Source: Polyangiaceae bacterium
Lineage (GTDB): Bacteria > Myxococcota_A > Polyangia > Polyangiales > Polyangiaceae
Length of the DNA: 64,000 bases
Assembly: GCA_965222375.1 (NCBI GenBank)
Contig: CBDCTZ010000012.1
Coordinates: 416,001 to 480,000 of the forward strand
Direction of reading: 5' to 3'
The notes beneath the pieces were generated by a model that made no database searches, was not told where the DNA came from, and saw nothing but the letters and a program-made list of their open reading frames with translations. Positions within the stretch are counted from its first letter, which is position 1. Each line of letters begins with the position of its first letter. Below are positions 32,114-42,149 of this stretch, piece after piece. A program made the position numbers and the translations under genes.

Positions 32114-33085
32114 TCAGACCGGCCGGGGGGCCTTGCGGTAGCCGACCCGCGAAAGGGCCTCATCCACCACGGCCTCTCGGGCCTGAAAGTCGCCTTCGAG
32201 CTCCGGGCTCATGATCAGGCGGTGGCCCAATACGGGGCCTGCCACGAAGCGGACGTCGTCCGGGGTTGCATAGGCCCGCCCGCTGAGCACCGCGTGCCCC
32301 TTGGCCGCTCTCAGCAGCGCAAGGGACGCCCGGGGGGATGCGCCCAATACCACGCGGGGGTGATTCCGTGTGAAGTTGGTCAGGGCGACTGCGTAGTCGT
32401 AGATGTCGTCTTCGACATGCACGCGTGCGGCGATGGATTGCAGCTGGGAAACGTCCGTCGCTGACAGCACACCATCTGGTTCCGGCGCGACCACGCCGTG
32501 GGCCCGCAGCATCGCGACTTCATCCCGCTCGGTGGGGTAGCCCATGTTCACCCGCACCAAGAAACGATCGATCTGTGCTTCCGGCAGCGGATAGGTGCCT
32601 TCCAGATCGATGGGATTCTGGGTCGCCAGGACGAAGAAGGGGTCCGGCAAGTCGTAGCGATCACCTTCAATGGTGACTTGCCTTTCCTGCATTGCTTCCA
32701 GCAGCGCGGATTGCGTTTTGGCTGGAGCGCGGTTGATCTCGTCTGCAAGCACGACGTTCGCGAAGATGGGGCCCGAGCGGAGGGCGAAGGTGCCGTCCTT
32801 GGGCGACAGCACGTAAGTGCCCAGAATGTCCGCGGGCAAGAGATCGGGAGTGAACTGGATGCGACGCACGGAACAGCCCAGGGTCGCCGCGTACGCCTTG
32901 ACCAGTGTGGTCTTGGCGACTCCGGGAACACCTTCCAGCAACACGTGGCCGCGAGAGAGCAGAGCCACGAGCATCAGCTGCACGGGCGCAGCGTCGCCGA
33001 TGTACACCTTGGAAACCTCGGTGCGCACGGCGCCCAGGCGCTCCTGGGCGGCCTGGACTTCATTGAGCTCGAGAGCCTGGCTCAC
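32114..33085 (-). CDS. moxR: MoxR-family AAA+ ATPase
   Basis: HVLLEGVPGVAKT, RIQFTPDLLPADI, ADEINRAPAKTQSALLEAMQE, ATQNP..EGTYPLPEAQ.DRF and GASPR. Confidence 0.95.
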   Translation of the reverse strand: MSQALELNEVQAAQERLGAVRTEVSKVYIGDAAPVQLMLVALLSRGHVLLEGVPGVAKTTLVKAYAATLGCSVRRIQFTPDLLPADILGTYVLSPKDGTFALRSGPIFANVVLADEINRAPAKTQSALLEAMQERQVTIEGDRYDLPDPFFVLATQNPIDLEGTYPLPEAQIDRFLVRVNMGYPTERDEVAMLRAHGVVAPEPDGVLSATDVSQLQSIAARVHVEDDIYDYAVALTNFTRNHPRVVLGASPRASLALLRAAKGHAVLSGRAYATPDDVRFVAGPVLGHRLIMSPELEGDFQAREAVVDEALSRVGYRKAPRPV

Positions 33086-34434
33086 GACCGCCTCTTATCA
33101 CGCTCTGCGACTTCGGCGAGCAGAGCGAGGGCAGTCGTGCGGGCGGCCTGGAGCTGCGCCGGCGTCACGCGCATCGGTTGCGCTGCCATTACAGCCAATT
33201 CTGCACGTCGGAGCTCACCGAATAGCTGGCCCAAGCGGGCCAAGGACGATGGGCTGAGCAGCTCCCGGGCCGCCACTTCGTGTTGGAGCTGCTCCGAGGA
33301 AGTCTTCTCGGGCAGGCCCAGGCGGTGGGCGAGATCCTCCTCGAGGGCGGCCTTGATTTCCAACATGGGTAGGGCGCGGTGGGTCGTGGGTGCCGCCAGC
33401 ACCGCCGCACGCCCGGCGACTCCCCCCTGGGCAACCAGGGGTTGTTCCGCGGCGTAGCGCGGAGGCGTTCGCTTGTAGGTCTTGAGCGTGCGGCGACCGA
33501 CCCACACGGCTCCTAGGGCGCTAACCCCGACCGCCAACAGTAGCGCGAGGGGCCCGGGGATTCCGTCTTGGTGCATGTCACCCAAGATCTCTTTCACGTC
33601 CGTGAGGTATTCCTTGAACTCACCAGACAAGCCCGCGTCCCCGCCATAACTGCCCCGCTGGCGAAACGCGCCGCTCACGATGTACAGCTTGCCGCCTCTG
33701 GCACCCCATGTGTCGTCTTCGACCAGATAGGTAATCAGCCCGTCAGCAAATGAGCGGTTTCCCGGGTAGCGCAGCATCAAGTTGATGACCACGCTTGGAT
33801 CCCCCATTACGAACAAGCGTCCGCGGCTCGCGATTACCCCAGTGACGGCAAGGGTGGCGTTTGGCTCGCCGATCGCGGGAATGTCCAAAACGGGCGTGAG
33901 ATTCGGGTGGGTGAGGCAGGATGGATGGTTGGTGACCACTTCGCCGACGTTCTTGACGATGGGATGGCGCCCCTCTTCGTGGCCTGCCACCTGCTGAACC
34001 GATGGGACTGCCACGGCGTAGCCGGGATTGCTGCGAAGCGTTCGAGCCGGCTTGAGGGGAGCTCCGATGCGGCGGATCTGGAAGTGCTCCAACAGCGTGG
34101 CCCCCTCCCCAAAGTCATCGAGCAGCGCCACTCTTCCGCCAGCGCGCATGAAAGCGCTCGCTTCGTTGTATTCGAGATCGGCTTCAGGATGCAGGACGAG
34201 TAAGCCATCGCCAGGTTTGAGCGCTTCCCAATCCAGCGTCGCGACGAGTTCGACGCGCATTGCACCCAATCGCGAGCGCGCTATTGCAAGCAGGTCGCTC
34301 GTTCCTTCCCAGCTTGGATCGTTCGCCGCGAACGGCGCGGCGCGGCTGTCTAGGGCAAATATCATCACCCCGACGACGAGCGCATAAATCGAGAGCTTTG
34401 GAGGGTTTGTGGCCAACTTGGACCGCACGTACAT
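33082..34434 (-). CDS. DUF4350-like membrane protein associated with MoxR
   Basis: N-terminal signal, WEG.S.L, F...GGR...LDDFG, GDPS..IN.MLR.PGN and a C-terminal TM; overlaps the moxR start. Confidence 0.65.
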   Translation of the reverse strand: MYVRSKLATNPPKLSIYALVVGVMIFALDSRAAPFAANDPSWEGTSDLLAIARSRLGAMRVELVATLDWEALKPGDGLLVLHPEADLEYNEASAFMRAGGRVALLDDFGEGATLLEHFQIRRIGAPLKPARTLRSNPGYAVAVPSVQQVAGHEEGRHPIVKNVGEVVTNHPSCLTHPNLTPVLDIPAIGEPNATLAVTGVIASRGRLFVMGDPSVVINLMLRYPGNRSFADGLITYLVEDDTWGARGGKLYIVSGAFRQRGSYGGDAGLSGEFKEYLTDVKEILGDMHQDGIPGPLALLLAVGVSALGAVWVGRRTLKTYKRTPPRYAAEQPLVAQGGVAGRAAVLAAPTTHRALPMLEIKAALEEDLAHRLGLPEKTSSEQLQHEVAARELLSPSSLARLGQLFGELRRAELAVMAAQPMRVTPAQLQAARTTALALLAEVAERDKRRS

Positions 34435-34622
34435 GGCATAGCGCACTGCGGCGTAGATAAGAATGATCGATAAAACCCCTTTTGGGGTTGAGCTGAAGCG
34501 CCGTTCTGACCCTATAACGGGGATGTAAGTCAGATTGACCGGATAAGCCGGAAAAACAAACGCAAACTTGACCCGCAATCCTGCGGCATTAAATTGGCAT
34601 AAGACATCCCTGCGAGGCGCTC

Positions 34623-34799
34623 ATGCTACCCCCCTTCATCATCGAGCAGATCCGGCGCCGTGAAGAAGAAGAGGCGCGGCGCGGGCAGGAGAACCAGCCT
34701 CGGCTGGAGCTACCCGTCGACGCCATCCCGCCCCGGCCGAGTCGGGACGACGACGAGGACGACGACGACCGCGGCGTCACCATCCTCGATCTGGGCTGA
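34623..34799 (+). CDS. Small 58-aa charged protein not in the ORF track
   Basis: GAGG RBS, GC-rich third positions. MLPPFIIEQIRRREEEEARRGQENQPRLELPVDAIPPRPSRDDDEDDDDRGVTILDLG*. Confidence 0.7.
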   Translation: MLPPFIIEQIRRREEEEARRGQENQPRLELPVDAIPPRPSRDDDEDDDDRGVTILDLG

Positions 34800-34871
34800 A
34801 TTCCCCTGAGAAGCCCCGTGGGCGCAAGGTGATTGCGGCATCGCGCACTGATCACTAGGCTCCGGGCGCTC

Positions 34872-36527
34872 ATGCTTCGACTGCGCGCTCTTGCTTGCTC
34901 AGCACTGCTCTGCGCGACCGGGTGCTTCGACCCGGGCGAGGGCGTCGAGCCCCCCTTGTCTCGGATCTACTTCCCGGTCGGCATCGCGGTCTCTCCTGCC
35001 CAAACGCGCTTGTACGTCGCGAACAGCGACTTCGACCTGCAGTTCAACGGCGGCTCGCTGCAGGCCTTCGACCTGGAGCGCCTGCGCAGTATCGCACCCA
35101 AGCCCTGCGAGTCCGACGCGGACTGCGAGTCCGACCAGCGGTGTGATACTCAGCCCACTGCGGAAAACGGCGACGCACCGAGCTTCTGGTGCGTGGACAC
35201 TGGTGGTGCGCATGCGGGCAAGCCATGCGGCGCGCTCAATGAGACAAGCGCAGCAGGCAAGGTGCTGCTCCCTGGCCGCTGCGGATCAATCGACGTCAAG
35301 AAGCCCGCAGACGGCGGCCCCCCCGTACTGCTGGCTGCTGTGGGCATTGGTGCCTTCGCGACGGACGTGATCTTTCGCTCGCGTCCAAATGGCCCGGGTG
35401 GCCGGTTGTTCGTGCCAGTGCGCGGCGACGCAACACTCCACTACATCGACGTCGCCGACGATTCAGACTCGGGGAGCGTACCTTTCGAGTTGGAGTGCGG
35501 GCAATCCGGGGCCGGCGGCGACTGTGACGATCGCCATCGCCGCGGAGACGACCCAGACGAGGAAAATACCCGTGGATTGCGCCTGTCACAGGAGCCCTTT
35601 GGCATCGATGCCACACCAGCTGGGAATGCTCTGGTGCTCACCCACCAGACCGAAGGCGCTGTTTCGCTATTCGTCAACGATGACGAATCCTGGGGCGATG
35701 GCACCAACGGATTCGGGGTCGGGCCCAAGCTGGAGTTTGCTGTGGGCGGGCTGCCCCAACGGCCCATTGGCGTCGCAATGATTCCGGAGCCGCAATTCGT
35801 ATTGGAATCCGATGTGTTTTATCAACCCGGCTTCCTGGTGACATTTCGGAACGCCGCGGAGGTAGCGCTGATCCGCTACTTCGACGATGCAGGTTCTCAG
35901 CCGCCGCGGCCCTTCATCCAGCCATCCGGCGGCGCCAGCATCACCGTGAATTCTCTCGGCTTTGACAGTCGGGGCATTGCCATCGAGGGCTCCCAACGAA
36001 AGGCCTGTGAAGCGGCATGTCCGGCGAACGCAGGAACGCCGCGGATGGACTGCCTGGAACAATGCGCCGGCGTGCCGCTCCGGGTCTTCATTGCGAACCG
36101 CTCTCCATCGAGTTTGCTCATCGGTCAGACTCGCCCCAACTTGAGCGCTACCGCGAGTGACGATCTGCCCCAGTTCTTCGACAGTGTGCCGCTGCCCTTC
36201 GGTCCTTCCAGGGTCGTGGTCGGCAACGTTATCGACGAAGCCGGTGTGCTGAGTCCGCGTGTGTTCGTTGTCTGTTTCGATTCCCGCAAGATCGGGGTCT
36301 ACGATCCCGAGGGGCGGCGCGTCGAGAAGTGGATCGAAACAGGTCGCGGACCCCACGCCGTCGCCGTGGACACCGTGCTCAGTGCGGACGCGAGTCACGC
36401 CTACGCCTACGTCGGACACTTCACGGATTCCTACGTTGGTGTCGTGGATCTGGATCAGCGCAATCGAACCTACGGCAGCATGGTCATGACCCTGGGACGC
36501 CCCAGTCCACCGAGGGCTTCGAAATGA
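34872..36527 (+). CDS. Cys-containing lipoprotein with YncE-like beta-propeller
   Basis: Lipobox ATGC; YFPVGIAVS...LYVANSDFDL, FIANRSP and GRGPHAVA blade-like motifs. Confidence 0.75.
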   Translation: MLRLRALACSALLCATGCFDPGEGVEPPLSRIYFPVGIAVSPAQTRLYVANSDFDLQFNGGSLQAFDLERLRSIAPKPCESDADCESDQRCDTQPTAENGDAPSFWCVDTGGAHAGKPCGALNETSAAGKVLLPGRCGSIDVKKPADGGPPVLLAAVGIGAFATDVIFRSRPNGPGGRLFVPVRGDATLHYIDVADDSDSGSVPFELECGQSGAGGDCDDRHRRGDDPDEENTRGLRLSQEPFGIDATPAGNALVLTHQTEGAVSLFVNDDESWGDGTNGFGVGPKLEFAVGGLPQRPIGVAMIPEPQFVLESDVFYQPGFLVTFRNAAEVALIRYFDDAGSQPPRPFIQPSGGASITVNSLGFDSRGIAIEGSQRKACEAACPANAGTPRMDCLEQCAGVPLRVFIANRSPSSLLIGQTRPNLSATASDDLPQFFDSVPLPFGPSRVVVGNVIDEAGVLSPRVFVVCFDSRKIGVYDPEGRRVEKWIETGRGPHAVAVDTVLSADASHAYAYVGHFTDSYVGVVDLDQRNRTYGSMVMTLGRPSPPRASK

Positions 36528-39493
36528 ACACTGAGCGCCTGGCACTGCTCGCGTTCATGGTGCTCGCCACTACCCTGGGCGCGTGCACTGAAACGCCCGT
36601 GTCGTTGCCGCTGCGTTCCTTGGAGCGCAGCGGAGAGGTGTCCTTCGCTTGTGTGAGTCCGTCTGGGGAGGGCGCGCATATCAACGTGTGTCCCGACTTC
36701 GATGGTGAGCGGCGCATGCTCGCGCTGGTGACTCAAACCTTACGTGGCGAGGTGGCGGTCGTGGATCTGTCGGCGGGGGCAGTCGTGGACTACGATCCGG
36801 GCACGCCGGGCTTCAGTTTCATCCCTGTGGGTGAAATCCCCGTGGACATCGTGACCACACCGGGAGGTGTTGCGAGCTTCGTCGGCATTGGCGCTGCCAA
36901 TCATGAAGGCATCGTGGCCTTGCCGTCGTCTTGTCTGAGAGCGCCCGCCCGAGATCTCACGACCTGGCCCGCGTGCTCGCTCCCCTCCGCGCCGGGCCAG
37001 ATGCAGGTTCTCATCGATCCCGCCGACGCTCAGGGTCGCATCCGCGCGAGTTGCGATACTGCGGCCAGCATGGACGCGGCGACGCCAGGCACTGCGCTGG
37101 CCGCCAGTCGCGCCGAATGTCCCGCCGACTTGGCTCTCGAGGTGGTGGAACCAGGCCGCCGGAAGCTCTTGGTCGAAATGCCCGACCTGGGGGGATTCGC
37201 TGTCATCGACGCTCAAGAATTGCTGGACCGTGAGCCGGGATCCTTTGACCCCTGCAGCGTAGAACGCTTCCTCCCCCTCGATGTGAAGCTTCCTCCGGGC
37301 GACATCCTGCAGCCGGTACCAGCAGATCTACAGGCGCCGGGCTGTGTGGCGCCCGAAGTCAACTATGGGCCGCGACCCAACGGCTTCCTGCCACGGCCCG
37401 CGGGTTTCGAGATTGCTGACGGTACGCTGTATGTCGCGGATCAGGGCGCGCCGGTGGTGCACGTCGTCGACGCCAAGCAGCCCTGCGCCATGTCGGAGCT
37501 GCCGCCCCTGTTGCCGGTCTCCTTCGAAGCTCAAAACCGCGTTGTCACGACCCGAAAGATCGCAGTGAGCCCGCCGACCCGGGTGGGGCAGCGCTTCTTG
37601 TACGCCATCGACGAGCTCGAGGGCAGCGTGATGGTGTTCGATGTGACGCCTGGAACCAGCAATCGCACGCCCATCGTGCGCACCGGCTCCCCACGTCTGC
37701 CCTTCGAGCCGCCGGACAGGATCTCATTCTCTTCGCCAGCCCGGGATATTTCCTTCGCGCTCCGCGACGCTCCCGCCACGGACCCCGAAACCGGTGTCGG
37801 AACTGTCGGCGCATTGTGCGACCCGGACCCGAGCATAGACCTGAACTCGCCCGCGGCTCAGTACCGCACCACCCTTGACTACACTCGAGGCGCGCGGCCC
37901 CGACAGTTGCGGGGGGTCTTCGGTTTCATCGCCTTGGCCAGCGGTCAGATCGCCGTCGTGGACGTGGAGGATTGGGACGCCGCGTGTCGACGACCGATCC
38001 GTGCCAATTCGAGTCCTGAGGAGGACTTCCGAGGTTGCGCGGGAGATCCGGACGAGCCCGAGTTCTACACACTGGATTCAACGGTGGAGGGACGGCGCAC
38101 TGTCTCCGGGGAGGCATCTTGCGGGATCTTCGCGCCGCACCGGTCGCGGAGCGGCAGCTTCGTCATCAGCGCCAACGACATCGGGACGCGCGCGCCGGCA
38201 ATACGATCCTTCCCCCGGCTTCGTGCTTCCGAAGGCGGCAACTTGCCAACGGATCAGAGTGAGGAGGGCAAGCAGAATCCGAAAATCCTGGCTGTGGATT
38301 TCGATGCGCCCGGTGGCGGAGCGCAGCCCGCAGAGGTGTTTATCAGCACCAATCGATTCGTCCACGGCTCGAGCAGCGCTGCGACGGATCTGGTGATCGA
38401 GCCGGACGCCGCGGAGCGCATGTCCGTGGCGCTGATGCTCAAACAGCCGCGAGCCTTTGCCGAGGAAGATGTCCTCGTGGAGTATGAAGGAGCACTGAGC
38501 GCCGAGCGGCCTGCGGGGTTTCTCCAGATGGGTGCGCCAGGTGCAGATAGCGTGTTGCGTGACGCAGATGGCGGTTTCTGCAATCGAGGCGTCGAGGACA
38601 TGGCGCTCGCTCGTGAAGTGGCAGTCGAGCAAGGCGTCGATGCCGGCAAGTTGGATGCCTACGCCAACCGCCACGCAGACTACGTGCAGGTCACTAGCAA
38701 TCTGCGCTCTGCGGACGATCGCTATTGGACACAAGGTGCCGGCGGTAGCTGCGGCGGTGTCAGCGGCAAGGCCGCGTTCTTCAGCTGTCGAAACTTCTTC
38801 GGCACTGCTGACGCGCCCTCGCCGAACCGGGATCTGGCCATTGTAGAGGCCCGCCAGGCCGAGCTGATCGTCACTCCGCGGGGCGCTTCAAAGCCTGAGG
38901 ACCGGCTGAACAAACTCGATCAGCTTGCGTGCTGCTTCGGTGGCGCGGCGTTGCGCTACAAAGTGCGGGCGGGGCACCAGTGGATCTTGAAGGGTGGGCG
39001 GTCCGGTTTCCGGCACAACGTGGTGGCGGATGCAGACTTGCGCTGCATCCGTGATTGCAACCCGCGGCGCAGTCTGCTCCGCAGTCGCATTCTGGAGATA
39101 TCGAGTAGCTCCTGCCCCGCCCCGGGCAGTGACGAGGTCACAACATGTGGCATCGGACGAGCGACCAGCGCCGACGCGGCCTGCGTCGTTTCGAGCCAGG
39201 CGGCAGTGTCGCCGGGTAGTCCAGGCGCCGAGTGCATCTTCGAGAACTTGATGTATCGCTTTGCGGTGTATCGCGGCAATCAACCCAGCCAGCGGGACAT
39301 GGCGTTCTCCTTTCAGCTCGTCGGAGGCTACGCGCCTCTCGTGGCAAACCTCGCGGCCCAGACCGCAGCCGTGTCGCCGCAAGCCATGACCTTCGTGCCG
39401 CAGCTGGGCCAACTCGCGGTCGTGGACGGGGCCGCCGAGGGGCTGGTCTTGGTCAGCCTGGACACGGTCGGTATCTCCCGTCTGTTCTTCTGA
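36524..39493 (+). CDS. Large Cys-rich lipoprotein, probable beta-propeller(s)
   Basis: ATGA coupling; lipobox LGAC; blade-like motifs GEVAVVDL, LYVADQG..VVHVVD and LYAIDE..GSVMVFD. Confidence 0.75.
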   Translation: MNTERLALLAFMVLATTLGACTETPVSLPLRSLERSGEVSFACVSPSGEGAHINVCPDFDGERRMLALVTQTLRGEVAVVDLSAGAVVDYDPGTPGFSFIPVGEIPVDIVTTPGGVASFVGIGAANHEGIVALPSSCLRAPARDLTTWPACSLPSAPGQMQVLIDPADAQGRIRASCDTAASMDAATPGTALAASRAECPADLALEVVEPGRRKLLVEMPDLGGFAVIDAQELLDREPGSFDPCSVERFLPLDVKLPPGDILQPVPADLQAPGCVAPEVNYGPRPNGFLPRPAGFEIADGTLYVADQGAPVVHVVDAKQPCAMSELPPLLPVSFEAQNRVVTTRKIAVSPPTRVGQRFLYAIDELEGSVMVFDVTPGTSNRTPIVRTGSPRLPFEPPDRISFSSPARDISFALRDAPATDPETGVGTVGALCDPDPSIDLNSPAAQYRTTLDYTRGARPRQLRGVFGFIALASGQIAVVDVEDWDAACRRPIRANSSPEEDFRGCAGDPDEPEFYTLDSTVEGRRTVSGEASCGIFAPHRSRSGSFVISANDIGTRAPAIRSFPRLRASEGGNLPTDQSEEGKQNPKILAVDFDAPGGGAQPAEVFISTNRFVHGSSSAATDLVIEPDAAERMSVALMLKQPRAFAEEDVLVEYEGALSAERPAGFLQMGAPGADSVLRDADGGFCNRGVEDMALAREVAVEQGVDAGKLDAYANRHADYVQVTSNLRSADDRYWTQGAGGSCGGVSGKAAFFSCRNFFGTADAPSPNRDLAIVEARQAELIVTPRGASKPEDRLNKLDQLACCFGGAALRYKVRAGHQWILKGGRSGFRHNVVADADLRCIRDCNPRRSLLRSRILEISSSSCPAPGSDEVTTCGIGRATSADAACVVSSQAAVSPGSPGAECIFENLMYRFAVYRGNQPSQRDMAFSFQLVGGYAPLVANLAAQTAAVSPQAMTFVPQLGQLAVVDGAAEGLVLVSLDTVGISRLFF

Positions 39494-39495
39494 GG

Positions 39496-42102
39496 ATGGC
39501 TGGGCCGCGCACCCCGGTCATGCAACAGCACGCCCGCGCGAAGCAGGCGTACCCCGACGCGATCGTGTTTTTTCGCCTTGGGGATTTCTACGAAATGTTC
39601 GGCGACGACGCCGTGCTGGTATCGCGACTGCTCGACCTGACGTTGACCAGTCGCAACCGTGGCAAGCCCGATGAAGTGCCGATGGCCGGAGTGCCTCACC
39701 ATGCGGCGCACCAGTACCTAGCGCGGCTTCTCGATCTCGGACACAAGGTGGCCATCTGCGAGCAGATGGCCGATCCCTCCACGGTGAAAGGCATCGTACC
39801 GCGAGAGGTCGTGCGTGTGCTTACGCCCGGGTTGATCACCGAGGGGCAGCACCTGGATGCGAAGTCGAACAACTGGCTGGCGGCTGTGGATAGCACCGAG
39901 GCCGGGGTCGGAGTTGCGCTCTTCGACCTTTCCACTGGCGAACTGCTCGCGGCGCAGTTGCCGAATTTGGCGGCGGGTTTCGGAGAGTTGGCCCGGGCCG
40001 GGCCGCGAGAGGTCTTGCTCGGCTTCGAGTCAGAGGCCGACGCCGAGGCCGCGAAAGAGGCTCTGGCCGTGATGATGGCAGCGGTGTTGCGCCCCGATGA
40101 GGAACTGGAGGAATCCGGCGTGGACGCCGCCCTGGGCGCGCTGGCGCCAGACGCAGAAGGAGCGGCGCCGGCGGCAAGGCGTGCTGCTGCTCGGGTGCTG
40201 CGCTTTGCCCAGGCCTGCCACCCAGGCCAAGCCTTGCCGATTCAACGGATTGCGCGTTGGGAGCCGGACGCAGCGATGGCGTTGGAGGCCACCGCGCAAC
40301 GACATCTGGAGCTCACTGAGTCCACGTCTGGGGTCAAACAAACGACTTTGCTTGCGGTACTGGACGCGACTGCGTCTTCGGCCGGCGGCCGCCTGCTGCG
40401 CCGTCGCTTGTTGGCGCCCCTGACGGATGTGGAACGCATCCGCCGTCGACACGATCTGGTGGAGCTTTTTGTCGTGCATTCCCGCTTGCGGGAAGCAGCC
40501 AAGGTCGAACTCGGGAAAGTGACGGACCTGGAACGTGTCGTGACCCGAGCGCTATTGGCCGAGGCTACGCCCCGAGACCTCGGGCTGCTGCGGGATGGGC
40601 TCACGGCGGGTGGCGCTCTCGTGAAACTCTTGGTCGAAAGCTCCGACGCTGCCATGCACGACACCTTGGGCATCGCCGACGGTCCACCGGACGTGGTGGC
40701 GGACGTGCAGGACGAGCTGTCCCGCGCCCTCGTGGAGCGCCCGCCGGCGCAGGCCAAGGAAGGGCACATCTTTGCGCCCGGCTACGACGCCGAGTTGGAC
40801 GAACTCTCCCAGCTCGCCCAGAGCGGTGCCGGCGCCATGGTGGAGCTGGAGGAACGGCTCCGACAAGAGCTGAACATCTCCAAGCTCAAGGTTCGCTACA
40901 CCCGGGTGTTCGGCTGGTACGTTGAAATCGGCAAGAGCCACTCGGGAAGCGTGCCCAAAGATTTCCGTCGCAAGCAGACCGTGGCAGCTGGTGAGCGCTA
41001 CACGCTACCCGAGCTCGATGAACTCTCCGATCGCGTGGAGCAGGCCGAAGCTCAGCAACGCCAGAGGGAACTGCACTTGCTCAAGAGCCTGGTGTCGACG
41101 GTGGCGGACGCAGCTGAGCGGATCCGAAAGCTCTCTGCGCGGCTCTCTTGCTGGGACGTCGCTGTCGCTCTGGCGGAGGTTGCCCACCGCTACGACTACT
41201 GCCGGCCCGAGGTGGACGACAGCCAGGCCTTGGAGATTGTCGAGGGGCGACACCCAGTGGTGGAACGCCTCGCTGCGCTGGGTCGCTTCGTGCCCAACGA
41301 CGTGCGGCTCGACGTGGCCCAGGAACGCTTGTGGCTGATCACTGGCCCCAACATGGCCGGCAAGAGCACACTGCTACGCCAGGTGGCGCTTACCGCCGTG
41401 ATGGCGCAGCTGGGCAGCTTCGTGCCAGCGTCCTCAGCGCGCATTGGGGTGGTGGACCGGGTTCTGTCCCGGGTCGGCGCCAGCGATGACGTGGCCCGGG
41501 GCGAAAGCACATTCATGGTCGAGATGCGCGAGACAGCTGAGATCCTGCACACAGCGACCCGTCGTTCCCTGGTCATCCTGGACGAGATTGGCCGCGGGAC
41601 GAGCACGTTCGACGGCCTGGCCATCGCCTGGGCTGTCGCCGAACACCTGGATCGCGCCGTGAAGTGTCGGGCATTGTTTGCGACGCACTATCATGAGCTC
41701 ACCCGCTTCGCGGACAGCAGCGAGCACACCGCAAACTACAGCGTGAGCGCGCGAGAGGTCGGAGACGACATCGTGTTCTTGCACCGACTAGTTCCGGGCG
41801 CAGCGAGTCGGAGCTATGGAATCGCGGTCGCCAAGTTGGCAGGGCTGCCAGGCAGCGTTCTGGCCCGCGCTCAGGCGCTCCTCGAAAGCCTCGAGTCAGG
41901 CCGTTCAGCCAGCCCGGGTTCGAATTTTGGAGCGAGCGCGGAAAGCGAAAGCCAACTCGATCTATTCAGCGCAACGCCGGAGCCGACCGGGGCCGAGAAG
42001 GAAGTCATCGACACGCTACACGCCGTGGACATTCAGCGCATCACTCCGCTGGACGCGCTGAATTTGCTGTCGCAGCTGGTCGACCGCCTGGCCAAGCGTT
42101 GA
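39496..42102 (+). CDS. mutS: DNA mismatch repair protein MutS
   Basis: TPVMQQ, FRLGDFYEMF, GRHPVVE, TGPNMAGKST, GESTFMVEM, DEIGRGTSTFDG, FATHYHEL and SYGI.VA.LAGLP. Confidence 0.98.
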   Translation: MAGPRTPVMQQHARAKQAYPDAIVFFRLGDFYEMFGDDAVLVSRLLDLTLTSRNRGKPDEVPMAGVPHHAAHQYLARLLDLGHKVAICEQMADPSTVKGIVPREVVRVLTPGLITEGQHLDAKSNNWLAAVDSTEAGVGVALFDLSTGELLAAQLPNLAAGFGELARAGPREVLLGFESEADAEAAKEALAVMMAAVLRPDEELEESGVDAALGALAPDAEGAAPAARRAAARVLRFAQACHPGQALPIQRIARWEPDAAMALEATAQRHLELTESTSGVKQTTLLAVLDATASSAGGRLLRRRLLAPLTDVERIRRRHDLVELFVVHSRLREAAKVELGKVTDLERVVTRALLAEATPRDLGLLRDGLTAGGALVKLLVESSDAAMHDTLGIADGPPDVVADVQDELSRALVERPPAQAKEGHIFAPGYDAELDELSQLAQSGAGAMVELEERLRQELNISKLKVRYTRVFGWYVEIGKSHSGSVPKDFRRKQTVAAGERYTLPELDELSDRVEQAEAQQRQRELHLLKSLVSTVADAAERIRKLSARLSCWDVAVALAEVAHRYDYCRPEVDDSQALEIVEGRHPVVERLAALGRFVPNDVRLDVAQERLWLITGPNMAGKSTLLRQVALTAVMAQLGSFVPASSARIGVVDRVLSRVGASDDVARGESTFMVEMRETAEILHTATRRSLVILDEIGRGTSTFDGLAIAWAVAEHLDRAVKCRALFATHYHELTRFADSSEHTANYSVSAREVGDDIVFLHRLVPGAASRSYGIAVAKLAGLPGSVLARAQALLESLESGRSASPGSNFGASAESESQLDLFSATPEPTGAEKEVIDTLHAVDIQRITPLDALNLLSQLVDRLAKR

Positions 42103-42149
42103 TCTCCCACGGTTCTGAAGGGCCCGCCCCGTCGTGCTATCCAATCCAG

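Noticed and set aside
34430..34615. TGGCAT motifs as sigma54 promoters
   Set aside because: The -12 TGC element is not at the required spacing in either case.
41910..41935. GGTTCGAAT T-loop-like sequence
   Set aside because: It lies within the mutS coding linker and no tRNA cloverleaf can be formed.
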